From: an uncultured Planctomycetota bacterium
GTDB lineage: Bacteria; Planctomycetota; Planctomycetia; Pirellulales; Lacipirellulaceae
Assembly: GCA_963719315.1 (NCBI GenBank)
Contig: CAVRBU010000004.1
Location: 224,001-288,000, forward strand
Direction: 5' to 3'
DNA length: 64,000 nt
Part shown: positions 10,938 through 21,623 of the stretch, one piece after another
Position numbering within the stretch: position 1 is the first letter of the stretch
Layout of the letters: every line of letters begins with the position of its first letter
The notes under the pieces: model-generated
The model's input: the letters and a program-made list of their open reading frames with translations, nothing else
Database searches by the model: none
Told to the model about the DNA's origin: nothing
Program-made: the position numbers and the translations under genes

Positions 10938-13798
10938 ATGCAGGCGTCTGCCGTCTTCCGCTGTGTAATCTTCATAGGCATCGTTGCCTCTGCATCGAGC
11001 GCCTTGCGCAAAGCGAACCGCTTCACGCATTGGTCGACAAACTTTTGGTACCTGTGACCGGCGTAGCTCCGGCCGCCGCATCGGACGCCGAGTTCTTGCG
11101 GCGGGCGTCGCTCGATTTGATTGGCATGCCGCCCACTTCCGACGAGGCCCGCGCATTCCTCGCCGATGCCACTCCAGACAAGCGCATCCGGCTCATCGAC
11201 CAATTATTCTCTTCGCCCCACTTCGTGCGGCATTTCACCGAAGCGCTCGACCTGATGCTCATGGAACGCCGGCCGAACACCAACGTGACGGCCGACGAAT
11301 GGCAAGCCTGGTTGCTGAAATCAGTTCGCGAAAATAAACCTTGGAATGTGCTGGCCAAGGAAATCTTACTGGCCGATGGCGCCGATCCCGCGATGCGGGC
11401 TCCGGCCCGTTTCGCATTAGATCGCGGGTCTGACCCGAATATGTTAACGCGCGACATCGGCCGTATCTTCTTCGGTCGCGACATGCAATGTGCCCAATGT
11501 CACGATCATCCGCTCGTGGACGATTACTTGCAATCCGACTATCAAGGCTTGTTTGCTTTCTTGCAGCCAACTTACACGATCACGCGCAAAGAGGGCGATA
11601 AGCAAACGGTCGTCGAGGCCGAACACGTCGGTGGCAATGTCTCGTTTCAATCGGTGTTCCTGCACGTGCCGCGGCGCACTGGGCCGCGGGTGCCGGATGG
11701 CGTGGTGATCGATGAACCGTTCTATTTGCCCGGTGAAGAATACCAAGTTGCTCCGGGCGAGAACGTGAAATCGGTCCCCAAATTCAGCTATCGTGCCCAA
11801 CTCGCCGAATTAGCGACGAACGGCTCGAACGATGCTTTCAACCGCAACATCGCCAATCGACTGTGGGCCATGATGTTCGGTCGGGGCCTGGTTCAGCCGG
11901 TCGATTGGCAGAATCCGGAAAACCCGGCGTCGAACCCCGAATTGTTGCAGCTCCTGGCTCAACAAATCGCGGCGATGAAGTTCGATATGCGAGCGTTTTT
12001 GCGCGAGCTTGCGTTGACAAACGCTTACCAGCGTTCGTTCGATCCGCCGGCCGACGTGCTGGCCCTTTCCGATCAAGCGGCAAAAGAGGCAGCGCGGCTG
12101 CAGGAAGTGCGTGGGCAGATGGCCAAAGAGTCCGATACTTTGAGCGAAGCGTACACCAAAGCGGCCGATGCCTGGGAGCAGGTGGAAGCTTCGACTATCC
12201 CGGTCGCCGGCGAGTTGGATACGGCCAAAAATCAGTACGCGGAAGCGAAAAAGAAAGTCGATGAAGCGGCCAAGGCTGTGGCAGATGCGGCCTCGCAACT
12301 GCAAGCGAAGAAGACGGTCGCCACCCCGGTGCAACAAGCTGCGACCGCGGCGCAAGAAGCCGTGAAAGCACTGCCCGCCGACAAGGAACTTGCCGAGGCC
12401 GCGCAGAAATTCGCGGCTCGTGCTCAGCAACTCGCCGCGGAAACGACGACGCTCACAAAAACCGTGGAGGAAAAATCGGCAGCCGTGGCCCCCGTGACCG
12501 ACGCCTGGAACAAAACCAAGCCGCCGGTGGAAACGGCGCTGCAAAAAGTGAAGCCACTGACCACTTCGCTGATAGAAGCCGAAAAAGCCATGCTCGCCGC
12601 GCGAGAGAAGGCGGAGCACGAAAAGGAGCGGTTGGCGGCGCTCGATCGCCGATTGACCACGGCTCGAAAGGTCGCGCAGCTTCCCGAGTTGAAGCAGGCA
12701 GTTGTGGCGGCAACCGAGGCGGTGCCCGCGCGCGAAGCCGCTCTTGCCGCCGCCCAGAAGCTTCACGATGAATTCGTACCGATAGCCGCCGCCCGCGAAG
12801 CGGCGACCAAGGGTCAGGCCGAAGCTGTCGCCGCGGCCGCGAAGAACGTGGAATTGCTCGGTGCTGCCCATGCGAAGGATGTGGAAGCGTTGGCGGCAAT
12901 CGATGCGGCCTGCCAGGCGACCGACGCCGCGCACCAGAAGGCGCCCAATAACGCTGCGCTCGCCGAGGCCACGGCAAAAATCAAGGAGTGCGTGGCTCGC
13001 GCTCAAAGCGAAGTTTCCGAGTCGGATAAGAAGAACAACGCCGCAATAGCGGCTCGCGCCGCGGCGGATCATGCATTCGTGGCCGCCCAAGAAGCCCTAG
13101 CTGCCGCACTGGCCGAACGCGCCCGTCGCGAGCAGGCTGTCACCGCAGCCAAAGAGGCTCTCTCCGCGGCGAAGACGGATCTGGCGGCGCGGCAAGCCGC
13201 CCTCTCCGCAACGAAGGCCGAGCTCAACGATCGCTGGGCAAGTGATTTCACGATCGCTTCTCTCAAGCCGCTTTCACCTGAACAAATGTGTTGGAGCGTG
13301 TTCCGGGTCACCGGCGTTTACGACCGCTATTGGCAGACCGAGATTGGCGAACTCGACAAAGCCAAGCCGCTTACGGAAGAACAGAAGAAGGATGCGGCCC
13401 AAACCGCGGCCCGCGATGTTGAACTGGAACAACGCACGTACGACAAGCTGAAGGGCAACATCGCTACGTTTGTGGCCTTTTACGGTGCAGTGGCTGGTCA
13501 GCCGCAGGGCGATTTCTTTGCCACCGCCGATCAGGCCCTGTTCGTGGCGAACGGCGGAGCGATCAATAGCTGGGTGGCGCCGGCAAGTGGCAACGTCACG
13601 GAACGAATTATCAAACAAGAAGACCCGCACGTTGCGGCCGACGAACTTTACCTGAGCCTGTTTACGCGGATGCCCACAGATGGCGAGCGAGCCGAGATCG
13701 CGAATTACCTGAAAGACCGGGCCAAGGACAAGGCGGCGGCTGCCCAAGAGTTGGTCTGGGCATTGTTGAATTCGGCCGAGTTTCGATTTAATCACTAA
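10938..13798 (+). CDS. DUF1549/DUF1553 (PSD1/PSCyt2) protein with a long coiled-coil insert; probable 1-nt frameshift near 11003
   Basis: DAEFLRRASLDLIGMPP, CAQCHDHP, NRLWAMMFGRGLV, SNPELL and LVWALLNSAEFRFNH. A signal-peptide-like start (ATG 10938, MQASAVFRCVIFIGIVASASSA) lies in the adjacent frame. Confidence 0.88.
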
Positions 13799-13817
13799 CG
13801 GACTGGAGACCACGACA

Positions 13818-15110
13818 ATGAACGCCAAATATGCCTGCAAATCTCCCGAGCATACGATCGCTCGACGGCAGTTCCTCGGCTCGATGGCTGCGCTCGGCGC
13901 CGGCGCGTGCACCGGCGGTCTCGGCGTGTTCTCCATGCCGGCGATTGCCGAGCAGCTCCGGTCCGATCAAAAGCGAATCGTCGTATTCAACATGGCGGGC
14001 GGTTTGAGCCAACTCGAGAGTTGGGACCCGAAGCCTGGCACGGCGACGGGCGGCCCGTTCCGCGCGATTCCGACTTCCGTGCCCGGCATTCATATTTCGG
14101 AACTGCTGCCGGATACGGCTAAGCAGATGCACCACATGTGCCTCGTGCGTGGCGTCAACACGAGCGAAGACGATCACGGCAAGGGCGCGTACCTGATGAT
14201 GACGGGTCGCCGGCAGACCCCGGCCAGCGACTATCCTAAAATCGGCGCCGTCGCGGCCAAGGCGCTCGCGCCGGCCGATAGCACGCTGCCGGGCTACATT
14301 CTCATTACGCCGGGCGGCGGCGGCGGCCGCGGCAACGACTCTGCCTACCTTGGCCCGAAGTATTCCAGTGTGCAATTGGGCAACGGCAAACCTCCGCAAA
14401 ATACAGTGAAACCGGAATCCGTCTCGGACGCCTCGGAAGCCGCGCGGCAGAATTTCCGCCGGCACGTCAACGAGCAGTTCCTCAATCGCCGCCGCACCGC
14501 CGTTACCGAGGCGTTCACCTATTCGTTCGAGCAAGCGCAACAACTCATGCAGCAGCGCGAGGTGTTCGACGTGAGCAAGGAGCCGGCAAAGGATAACGAT
14601 CGTTATGGAAAATACGATTTTGGCCGGCACTGTTTGCTGGCCCGCCGGCTGCTCGAGAAGGGCGTCACGTTCGTGCAATTGACGCACGCGAATTACGACA
14701 CGCACAACGAGAACTTCAATTTCCATATCGAGCAGCTCGGCGAGTTCGATCGCTCGTTCGCATGCTTCGTCAATGACCTCGCCGAACGCGGCATGCTGGA
14801 GAGCACCTTGATCGTGGTCCTCTCCGAATTCGGCCGCACGCCAAATATCAACTTGCACCAGGGACGCGACCATTGGTCGAAGTCCTGGTCGATTTGCATG
14901 GCGGGTGGCCGCGTTCCGCGCGGACACGCATATGGCAAAACGAATGCCGACGGCACTGCGGTCGAAGAGGGCCAAGTCGATCACGGGGCGCTGTTCCACA
15001 CCTACCTGGAAGCGGTGGGAGTCGATTCGACGGGTACGTTCGTGGTCGATGGCCGCAAGATGCCGATGGCCGACCCGGCTGTCGCGGCCGTTTCCGAACT
15101 GCTTACCTAG
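13818..15110 (+). CDS. DUF1501 domain protein
   Basis: Tat-like ARRQFLG, GGLSQLESWDPKP, CLLARRLLEKGV, YDTH, EFGRTP and GRDHW. SD GGAG upstream. Confidence 0.93.
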   Translation: MNAKYACKSPEHTIARRQFLGSMAALGAGACTGGLGVFSMPAIAEQLRSDQKRIVVFNMAGGLSQLESWDPKPGTATGGPFRAIPTSVPGIHISELLPDTAKQMHHMCLVRGVNTSEDDHGKGAYLMMTGRRQTPASDYPKIGAVAAKALAPADSTLPGYILITPGGGGGRGNDSAYLGPKYSSVQLGNGKPPQNTVKPESVSDASEAARQNFRRHVNEQFLNRRRTAVTEAFTYSFEQAQQLMQQREVFDVSKEPAKDNDRYGKYDFGRHCLLARRLLEKGVTFVQLTHANYDTHNENFNFHIEQLGEFDRSFACFVNDLAERGMLESTLIVVLSEFGRTPNINLHQGRDHWSKSWSICMAGGRVPRGHAYGKTNADGTAVEEGQVDHGALFHTYLEAVGVDSTGTFVVDGRKMPMADPAVAAVSELLT

Positions 15111-15121
15111 CGAGCGCTCCC

Positions 15122-16132
15122 ATGCCGGCCCCTCCAGGTTTCGATCCGAAGCAAGCGTACGTCGTTTCGCAGTGGGCGTACGACCGACCGCTGCATGCGT
15201 GCCGCTTCGATCCGACAGGGCACTTTGTGTTTTGCGGCGCGGAGGACGCGAACGTCCAGCGATTCAATCTCCCCGACGGCGCCCGCACGAGTTTCACGGG
15301 TGGCCACGATACCTGGGTGCTGTCGATCGGCTTCTCGAAGGACGGCGCCCAAATGGTCAGTGGCGGCTGCGACGGCAAACTTACCTGGTGGGAATCGGCC
15401 ACAGCGACACCCAAACCGATCCGCTCGATCGAGGCCCACAAAGGCTGGATTCGCTCGATCGATGTCAGCCCCGATGGCGCGCTCATCGCCACTGGCGGCA
15501 ACGACAACCTGGTCCGGCTTTGGAACATGGCCGATGGCAAGCTCGTGCGCGAACTTCCCGGCCACGAGCGGCACGTGTACAGCGTGTTGTTTCATCCCCA
15601 AGGACTTTTCCTGCTCAGCGGCGATTTGATGGGCGTTTTGAACCAATGGGAAGTCGCCACCGGCAAGCTCGCGCGTACGTTTGATGCCAAGCCGCTGCAC
15701 ACCTACGAAGGCGGGCAGCAGGTCGATTATGGCGGCGTTCGCACAATGGCGATCAGCCCGGATGGCAAGTGGCTCGCCGCCGGCGGACTGTACAAAGCGA
15801 CGAACCCGCTCGGCGCCGTCAACGAACCGCTCGTGCTGCTGTTCGATTGGGAATCGCAAAAACTCGATAAGCAACTCATCGCAGATGGAATCCCAGGCGG
15901 TTATATCGGGCGCACGCGATGGCTGGGCGACGGCTCGCTGATGGGCGTTAGCGGCGGTACGACCGGTGGGCTTTTGCTGTTCTGGAAGACCGATGCCGAT
16001 AAGGCCTATCACCGCTTGCAGCTTCCCGCTCACGCGCGCGACATGGATCTGCACCCGGATGGCCTGCAGGTGGCCACCGCCCACTCGGACAAGCAAGTTC
16101 GCATCACTCGCCTGGCTGCGAAAACTGCCTAA
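15122..16132 (+). CDS. WD40-repeat protein
   Basis: GH...W repeats (GHDTWV, AHKGWIR, GHERHVY) and ATGGNDNLVRLWN. Starts 11 nt after the DUF1501 stop. Confidence 0.9.
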   Translation: MPAPPGFDPKQAYVVSQWAYDRPLHACRFDPTGHFVFCGAEDANVQRFNLPDGARTSFTGGHDTWVLSIGFSKDGAQMVSGGCDGKLTWWESATATPKPIRSIEAHKGWIRSIDVSPDGALIATGGNDNLVRLWNMADGKLVRELPGHERHVYSVLFHPQGLFLLSGDLMGVLNQWEVATGKLARTFDAKPLHTYEGGQQVDYGGVRTMAISPDGKWLAAGGLYKATNPLGAVNEPLVLLFDWESQKLDKQLIADGIPGGYIGRTRWLGDGSLMGVSGGTTGGLLLFWKTDADKAYHRLQLPAHARDMDLHPDGLQVATAHSDKQVRITRLAAKTA

Positions 16133-16236
16133 GGCGAATCAGTCTCGCGGAGCGTGTTTACGACTCCGCCGGCCAATTGCGGCCAATCCGCTGTGGCGTT
16201 ACGATTGGCGTTCTGCGAATCATTAGGAGCATACGC

Positions 16237-17715
16237 ATGACATCGATCGCCGCCGTCTCGATGAGTCCAGGCGGCAATCAAGTATCGGCCGCACTGGAGC
16301 GGCTCGCCCAGAACTCGCTCGTCTCCGCCATCGCCGTGGCTGGACCGGCGAATATCGAGCGGCGGTCCAAAAACGTCCATCAACTGCAAGCCGCTGAACT
16401 CCGATCGGTCGCCTCGGTTGTCGAGGTCCTTCGCTGGTTCGATGCGGCCGACGCATCGCATTTGCTATGGTTGCTGTCACCGCTAATTGAAGTAACAGCG
16501 ATCGGACTGCGTCGGCTCGCCGCCGTCGCGCGCGATACGACCGCTGCGATCTTATACTCAGACTATTTTGACGAGCAGCCCGACGGCGCCACGAAACTGC
16601 ACTCGCTCATCGACTACCAAACCGGCAGCCTACGAGACGACTTCGATTTCGGCCAGCTTGTACTTTCCAGTCGAAAAGCCGTCGCCGGCCTGGCCGACGC
16701 GATTGAAGCGGATCAACTTGCCGGTGACTTTGGCGGTTGGTACGAGCTTCGCCTGCGGGCGGTTGAACGCGGTCCGGTCGTGCACCTATCGGAGCCGACG
16801 TATGCGGTTCGCGCGGCCGCGGAGCAATCTGGCGGCGAGTCCCACTTTAGTTACGTCGATCCGCGAAATCGCGACTATCAGATTGAAATGGAACGCATCG
16901 CGACCGCTCATCTCAAGCGGATCGGCGCTTGGCTGCCGCCGCCCGCATCGAGGCCAGTCGACGACGGCGCTTCATTTACAGTAGAGGCGTCGGTGGTGAT
17001 TCCCGTTCGCAATCGCGTGCGCACGGTCGCCGACGCGGCCGTTAGCGCGCTGTCGCAACAGGCCGATTTCGCGTTCAACGTGATCGTCGTGGACAACCAC
17101 TCGACCGACGGCACTTCGAAAGTGCTCGCCGAGCTCGCGGTCGCCGAATCGCGAATCGTGCACGTCGTGCCAACAAGAACCGACCTCGGCATCGGCGGAT
17201 GTTGGAACGAGGCGATTTACTCGAACCATTGCGGCCGATACGCAGTGCAACTCGACAGTGACGATCTGTACGCTGGCGCCGATGTGCTGACTCGAATTAT
17301 CGAGGAATTCCGGCGCGGCCACTACGCGGCCGTGATTGGATCGTACACGATCGTCGATTTCGATCTGAAGCAAATTCCGCCCGGATTGATCGACCACCGC
17401 GAGTGGACATCGGAGAACGGCCACAACAACGCGTTGCGAATCGCGGGACTAGGCGCTCCCCGTGCCTTCCACGTAGCTACGTTGCGGACGATTGGTTTTC
17501 CGAATGTCAGTTTCGGAGAGGACTACGCTGTGGTGCTGCGGTTGAGCCGCGAGTATCCGCTGGGGCACATTTACGATTCGCTCTATTGGTGCCGGCGGTG
17601 GGAAGGCAACACCGATCATGCCTTGCCGTTGGAAACGCAAAACCGCTACGCCTTTTACAAGGACCGGCTGCGATCGATCGAAATCGCTGCCCGGCAACAG
17701 CAGGCGGCCCCATGA
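16237..17715 (+). CDS. Glycosyltransferase family 2 with an N-terminal degenerate GT-A domain
   Basis: SVVIPVRNR, VVDNHSTDGT, QLDSDD and GEDY. N-terminal YSDY...IDYQTGSLRDDFDFG. SD AGGAG at 16225. Confidence 0.9.
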   Translation: MTSIAAVSMSPGGNQVSAALERLAQNSLVSAIAVAGPANIERRSKNVHQLQAAELRSVASVVEVLRWFDAADASHLLWLLSPLIEVTAIGLRRLAAVARDTTAAILYSDYFDEQPDGATKLHSLIDYQTGSLRDDFDFGQLVLSSRKAVAGLADAIEADQLAGDFGGWYELRLRAVERGPVVHLSEPTYAVRAAAEQSGGESHFSYVDPRNRDYQIEMERIATAHLKRIGAWLPPPASRPVDDGASFTVEASVVIPVRNRVRTVADAAVSALSQQADFAFNVIVVDNHSTDGTSKVLAELAVAESRIVHVVPTRTDLGIGGCWNEAIYSNHCGRYAVQLDSDDLYAGADVLTRIIEEFRRGHYAAVIGSYTIVDFDLKQIPPGLIDHREWTSENGHNNALRIAGLGAPRAFHVATLRTIGFPNVSFGEDYAVVLRLSREYPLGHIYDSLYWCRRWEGNTDHALPLETQNRYAFYKDRLRSIEIAARQQQAAP

Positions 17716-18635
17716 GTTGGGCACGCACCCTGCAAAACGATTCCGGCTCAGGCGAACCATTGCGTCAACGTATTGAGGCTTTGTTCGCAGAACAGCGGCT
17801 ATCCTGGCCGGCGCTGCGCGAGGGCGAAGCTGCCCTTCAACATCTGCAAAAGAAAACACTCGTGTCCGATGGCGCGATTGCGATCGTGCAAATGAACCCG
17901 GCGCGGCGTCAATCAACGATGGCCAAGACCGATACGCAGGCGGTCGCCGCGCGGCCGTGTTTCTTGTGTCCCGAAAACATGCCGTCGGAAGAACGGGGCG
18001 TGGCGTTCGAGGACCTCGTGATACTGCCGAACCCTTATCCTGTTTTGCCGCTGCATTGCACGATCGCCTGCCGGGAGCACCTTCCGCAGCAGATCGCCGG
18101 GCGTGTGGATGCATTTCTGCGACTCGCTCAGGCAATCGGCCCCGATCTGGCGGCGTTATATAACGGCCCGCGGTGCGGAGCGTCGGCCCCGGATCACTTC
18201 CATTTCCAATGCGTGCGTCGCGACCAATTGCCGATTCTGAAGGAGTTGCCGGCTGCCCGCGGCCGAGCGTTCGTCAGGCAAGCAAGCTTTGGCCGCAACA
18301 TGCTAGTTTTCCCGGGGACTGATGAGGCCGCCGTCGGAGTCGAAGTTGAACGAGCCATCGGGACGCTTCCGCAACCTGAGGCTGCGGACGAACCAATGTT
18401 CAACCTGCTCGCGCACTTCGATGTTCGGCGCTACACGGTTATTCTCTTTCCCCGCACCGCTCACCGCCCGGCGTGTTACTTCGCCACCGGACCGGATCGG
18501 ATCGTGGTCAGTCCGGCGATCCTCGAAATGTGCGGGATCCTGGTCGTCACCGAGCCGGCGGATTTCGAGCGACTCGATGCCGCAACCGCCCGTGCGATCT
18601 ATGAAGAAGTGAGCGGCGCTGCGTTGATCGGTTAG
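17712..18635 (+). CDS. DUF4922 protein (HIT/GalT-like HxHxQ nucleotide phosphorylase fold)
   Basis: NPARRQS, RPCFLC, NPYP and YNGPRCGASAPDHFHFQ. ATGA overlap with the GT2 stop. Confidence 0.85.
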   Translation: MSWARTLQNDSGSGEPLRQRIEALFAEQRLSWPALREGEAALQHLQKKTLVSDGAIAIVQMNPARRQSTMAKTDTQAVAARPCFLCPENMPSEERGVAFEDLVILPNPYPVLPLHCTIACREHLPQQIAGRVDAFLRLAQAIGPDLAALYNGPRCGASAPDHFHFQCVRRDQLPILKELPAARGRAFVRQASFGRNMLVFPGTDEAAVGVEVERAIGTLPQPEAADEPMFNLLAHFDVRRYTVILFPRTAHRPACYFATGPDRIVVSPAILEMCGILVVTEPADFERLDAATARAIYEEVSGAALIG

Positions 18636-18673
18636 AGATCGCTAATTTCAAGAGCAGCAACCTTTCCAATTTG

Positions 18674-18708
18674 CTGAGAGTTCGCCTTTTGATCGACCCC
18701 AGCAACCC
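18674..18708. repeat. Degenerate REP-like copy
   Basis: CTGAGAGTTCGCCTTTTGATCGACCCCAGCAACCC matches the consensus CTGGGGGCTCGCCTGCGGCTCGACCCCAGCCACCC at 27/35 nt. Lies between convergent genes. Confidence 0.6.
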
Positions 18709-18716
18709 TGATGGAA

Positions 18717-21344
18717 TTACTGCGTTTTCGCTTCGAACATTGGGTTGTGCCGATCGCCGCGCGAGAGCAGAAACGCCATCAAATCGAGCAGCTCGTCTTC
18801 ATGCAGCGTGTTGAGCAGCCCGGCAGGCATCATTGATGTCTTCGAGGGCTCCATCGATTCGATCTCGTCGCGATTAACCGTCACCGTCGCGTTGGGGTCT
18901 TGCATGTTGGTGTTCACCGTAATGTCGTCGCCCTCGTAATTGGTGACGCGACCAACCACAGTTTTGCCCGCTGTGGTGGTAATCACCGAAGCGGCGTATT
19001 GATCGCTAATGACTTTGTCGGGGTCGAGCACCGATTCCAGAATATCGCGCGCGCTGAATCGACCGGCCAGACCGGTAAGATCGGGGCCGACCGCCCCGCC
19101 GTCGCCAGCGAAGTGGTGGCAGGCATAGCAATTGGCCGCGGCGAATATCGCCTTGCCATGTTCGAAGTTGCGGTCTTTCAACTTTGCCGCGACGAGCGGA
19201 GCCACTTCGTCCATCTTCCATTCTTTCACAAACGGCCGATTCATGGCAGCCACATTGTTAGCCTGCTTTGTAGCCTTGGCATTAATGATATCGCCGAGCG
19301 ACTTGCGATCGCTCTTCGACGTGTCGGCGAGGCAATCGGCGCGTAGCTCCTGAATGAACCCTGGAAAATTATTTCCGCCGCGGTATGACTGCGCTTGCAG
19401 AAACCACTTGAACAACTCGCGATGCAGTTCGAGCGTCCAGCCGGTTTTGAGGAAACGGAGCGACCTTATGAGTTCGATCTGGGCTTCTTGTTCCGGCGCG
19501 GCGGCCAGCAACTGCATGCCCTTTGCCGCCGCGGAAGGCGCCTGCAAATAGCACAGCAACTCCGTGAGCATGGCATTTGCGCGGCGGTCGTTTGCCGGGT
19601 AGAGAGCATCGAGTCGGGCGATGAGTTTACCGCGCACGGCCTCGTCGGGTGGGCCTAGGCGATAAAGTGCCAACTCGTACACGCGGAGTAGCTCGAGCCG
19701 TTGTTCCACGGAAAGCTTGGACCAATCCAGCTCGGCTAGCGCGGCGAAAACGGAAGATTGTAGTTGATTTCGCTGCGCATCGTTCGCCGGAAAAGTCGGA
19801 GGTGGCGTATCGAGATCGGGACCATGCGGATGATACGATCGCGGCGACAATCGGACCAGCGCTAGCAACGCCGTCAACGCGGTTTGTGGATCGGTTTCAG
19901 AAAGCGCGCGCTCGTGCCACGTTTCCATTGGCCGGTGCTCGATCGCCGTGCGGGCCGCATTGCGAATGAATCGATCCGGATCTCCCAAATGGGGCCACGC
20001 TTTTTCCACGGCTTCCGGGTGATCGCCAATGAGCAGCGCTTCGAGTTCGTGACGAATCGCTCGTTGCTTGCCGTTCGCCTGGTGCCCATCCGCCGGAGCC
20101 GTCGATTCCTTTCCTGAATACGTCAAGCGATACAGCCCAGATTGCGTTTTGCGGCCACCAATCAGAAAATACATCGCGCCATCGTGCGGATTGATGATCG
20201 CATCGGTCAGCGGCAGCGGAGTCGCCGACATGAACTCTTCGGCGGAGCCAGTGTACGAGGAGCCCTCCGGTTGAAGATGCACGGCGTACATTTTTCCATA
20301 CGTCCAATCGCAAATGAACAGCGCGTTCTGGTACTTGGCCGGAAACTTCGCGCCGTATCCGAACGTAATACCGGTCGGCGAGCCCAGGCCGATGTTCACC
20401 ACGGGCGGCAATGTATCGGCGAAGTAAACGGGCCATTTGGCGCTCCCATTGCGCCAGCCCCAGTCGGTGCCGCTCACGGCGTGGCACGCGCGCGTAGGGC
20501 GATACCAGGGCGTGCCGATGTCCCATTCCATGTCCGCATCGTAAGTGAACAGCTCGCCATCGGCATTGAATGCGATATCGAACGGGTTACGGAATCCGAC
20601 GGTGATACACTCCCAATCTTTGCCATCGGGATCGATCTTATAGATCGCGCCGCCCGGCGCGGGCACGCCGCGCATGAAGCCGACGCCGTATATTCGCGGC
20701 AACAATTGGTCTTCGTCCCAAATTTCCGGAACGCGCGAGGCGGCGCCCTTCATCGGGCGGCAGTTGTCTCCGCACACAACATACAACGATTTTCCGTCCG
20801 GCGCCGACAGAATCGCGTGCGGGCCGTGTTCGCCATCTCCATCCACATGTCGCAAAAACTCCACGAAATCGAGTTGGTCATCGCCGTTTGTATCGCGCAC
20901 GCGATACAAGCCGTTTTTGTTGCGATCGCGACCGTTGATCATTACATACAGGCTATCGAATGCCCACAGCAGGCCTTGGGCGCCTTCCACCTTGGCGGGG
21001 ATTTTTTCCACTTGAAGTTTTTTATCAGAGCCAGGCGATGCCAACGTGATTCGATACAAACCGCCGTACTGGTCGCTCACAATTAATCGCCCTTTGGGGT
21101 CGTAGCACAGGTTGACCCAAGAGCCTTCTTCGCCCTTGGGAACGGAATGTAGTAGTTCGACGTTGAACCCTTCGGGCACATGAATCTGTTCCGCCGGCGT
21201 GGCGGCCGAGGCCACGTCGAATTTTGGGGTTGCAATTTTGGTCACTTTCGATTCTGCGCCACCCGTCGCGAGTGAGACGGAAAACAACAGCGTAATCAGC
21301 AGGGCAATCTTTCGTAAAATCATTTCGAGCCTTCCTGAAGACAT
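18717..21344 (-). CDS. PVC-type membrane-bound dehydrogenase-like protein with a C-terminal heme c domain
   Basis: VPEGFNVEL, GEHGPH, GFRNPFD, DADMEWD, helical repeat region, CYACH heme motif, GPDLT and SMMPAGL. Confidence 0.88.
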   Translation of the reverse strand: MSSGRLEMILRKIALLITLLFSVSLATGGAESKVTKIATPKFDVASAATPAEQIHVPEGFNVELLHSVPKGEEGSWVNLCYDPKGRLIVSDQYGGLYRITLASPGSDKKLQVEKIPAKVEGAQGLLWAFDSLYVMINGRDRNKNGLYRVRDTNGDDQLDFVEFLRHVDGDGEHGPHAILSAPDGKSLYVVCGDNCRPMKGAASRVPEIWDEDQLLPRIYGVGFMRGVPAPGGAIYKIDPDGKDWECITVGFRNPFDIAFNADGELFTYDADMEWDIGTPWYRPTRACHAVSGTDWGWRNGSAKWPVYFADTLPPVVNIGLGSPTGITFGYGAKFPAKYQNALFICDWTYGKMYAVHLQPEGSSYTGSAEEFMSATPLPLTDAIINPHDGAMYFLIGGRKTQSGLYRLTYSGKESTAPADGHQANGKQRAIRHELEALLIGDHPEAVEKAWPHLGDPDRFIRNAARTAIEHRPMETWHERALSETDPQTALTALLALVRLSPRSYHPHGPDLDTPPPTFPANDAQRNQLQSSVFAALAELDWSKLSVEQRLELLRVYELALYRLGPPDEAVRGKLIARLDALYPANDRRANAMLTELLCYLQAPSAAAKGMQLLAAAPEQEAQIELIRSLRFLKTGWTLELHRELFKWFLQAQSYRGGNNFPGFIQELRADCLADTSKSDRKSLGDIINAKATKQANNVAAMNRPFVKEWKMDEVAPLVAAKLKDRNFEHGKAIFAAANCYACHHFAGDGGAVGPDLTGLAGRFSARDILESVLDPDKVISDQYAASVITTTAGKTVVGRVTNYEGDDITVNTNMQDPNATVTVNRDEIESMEPSKTSMMPAGLLNTLHEDELLDLMAFLLSRGDRHNPMFEAKTQ

Positions 21345-21623
21345 ATTGGACTAAACGGCCGCCGCCTGGATCACCGTTTCCGCAGATGTTTGCAGAACAT
21401 GCGGCGAGCATGTAGCAAACGCCACGGCAAATCTGCTCAATCAGAAGAGCGCCGACAACGGCTGGGGCAGGCATCAATTGGAGGGAACTTTCTTCACGTC
21501 ATTCAGCATAGCATGCAAACCAGCGATTTCCCATAATTGATCGTCTCCCCAAAACGATTTCATGATGACGAGCGGATTTGCACCGAGCACGCCGTTTCCG
21601 CCCGAATGTGAAAGCACTTATCA

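Noticed and set aside
11810..13090. 426-aa minus-strand ORF, and similar long antisense ORFs (13788..14999, 15107..16096, 20142..21086, 33920..35032, 37614..38300, 59915..61036)
   Set aside because: They are shadows of well-supported genes on the opposite strand, expected at high GC, and carry no family motifs.
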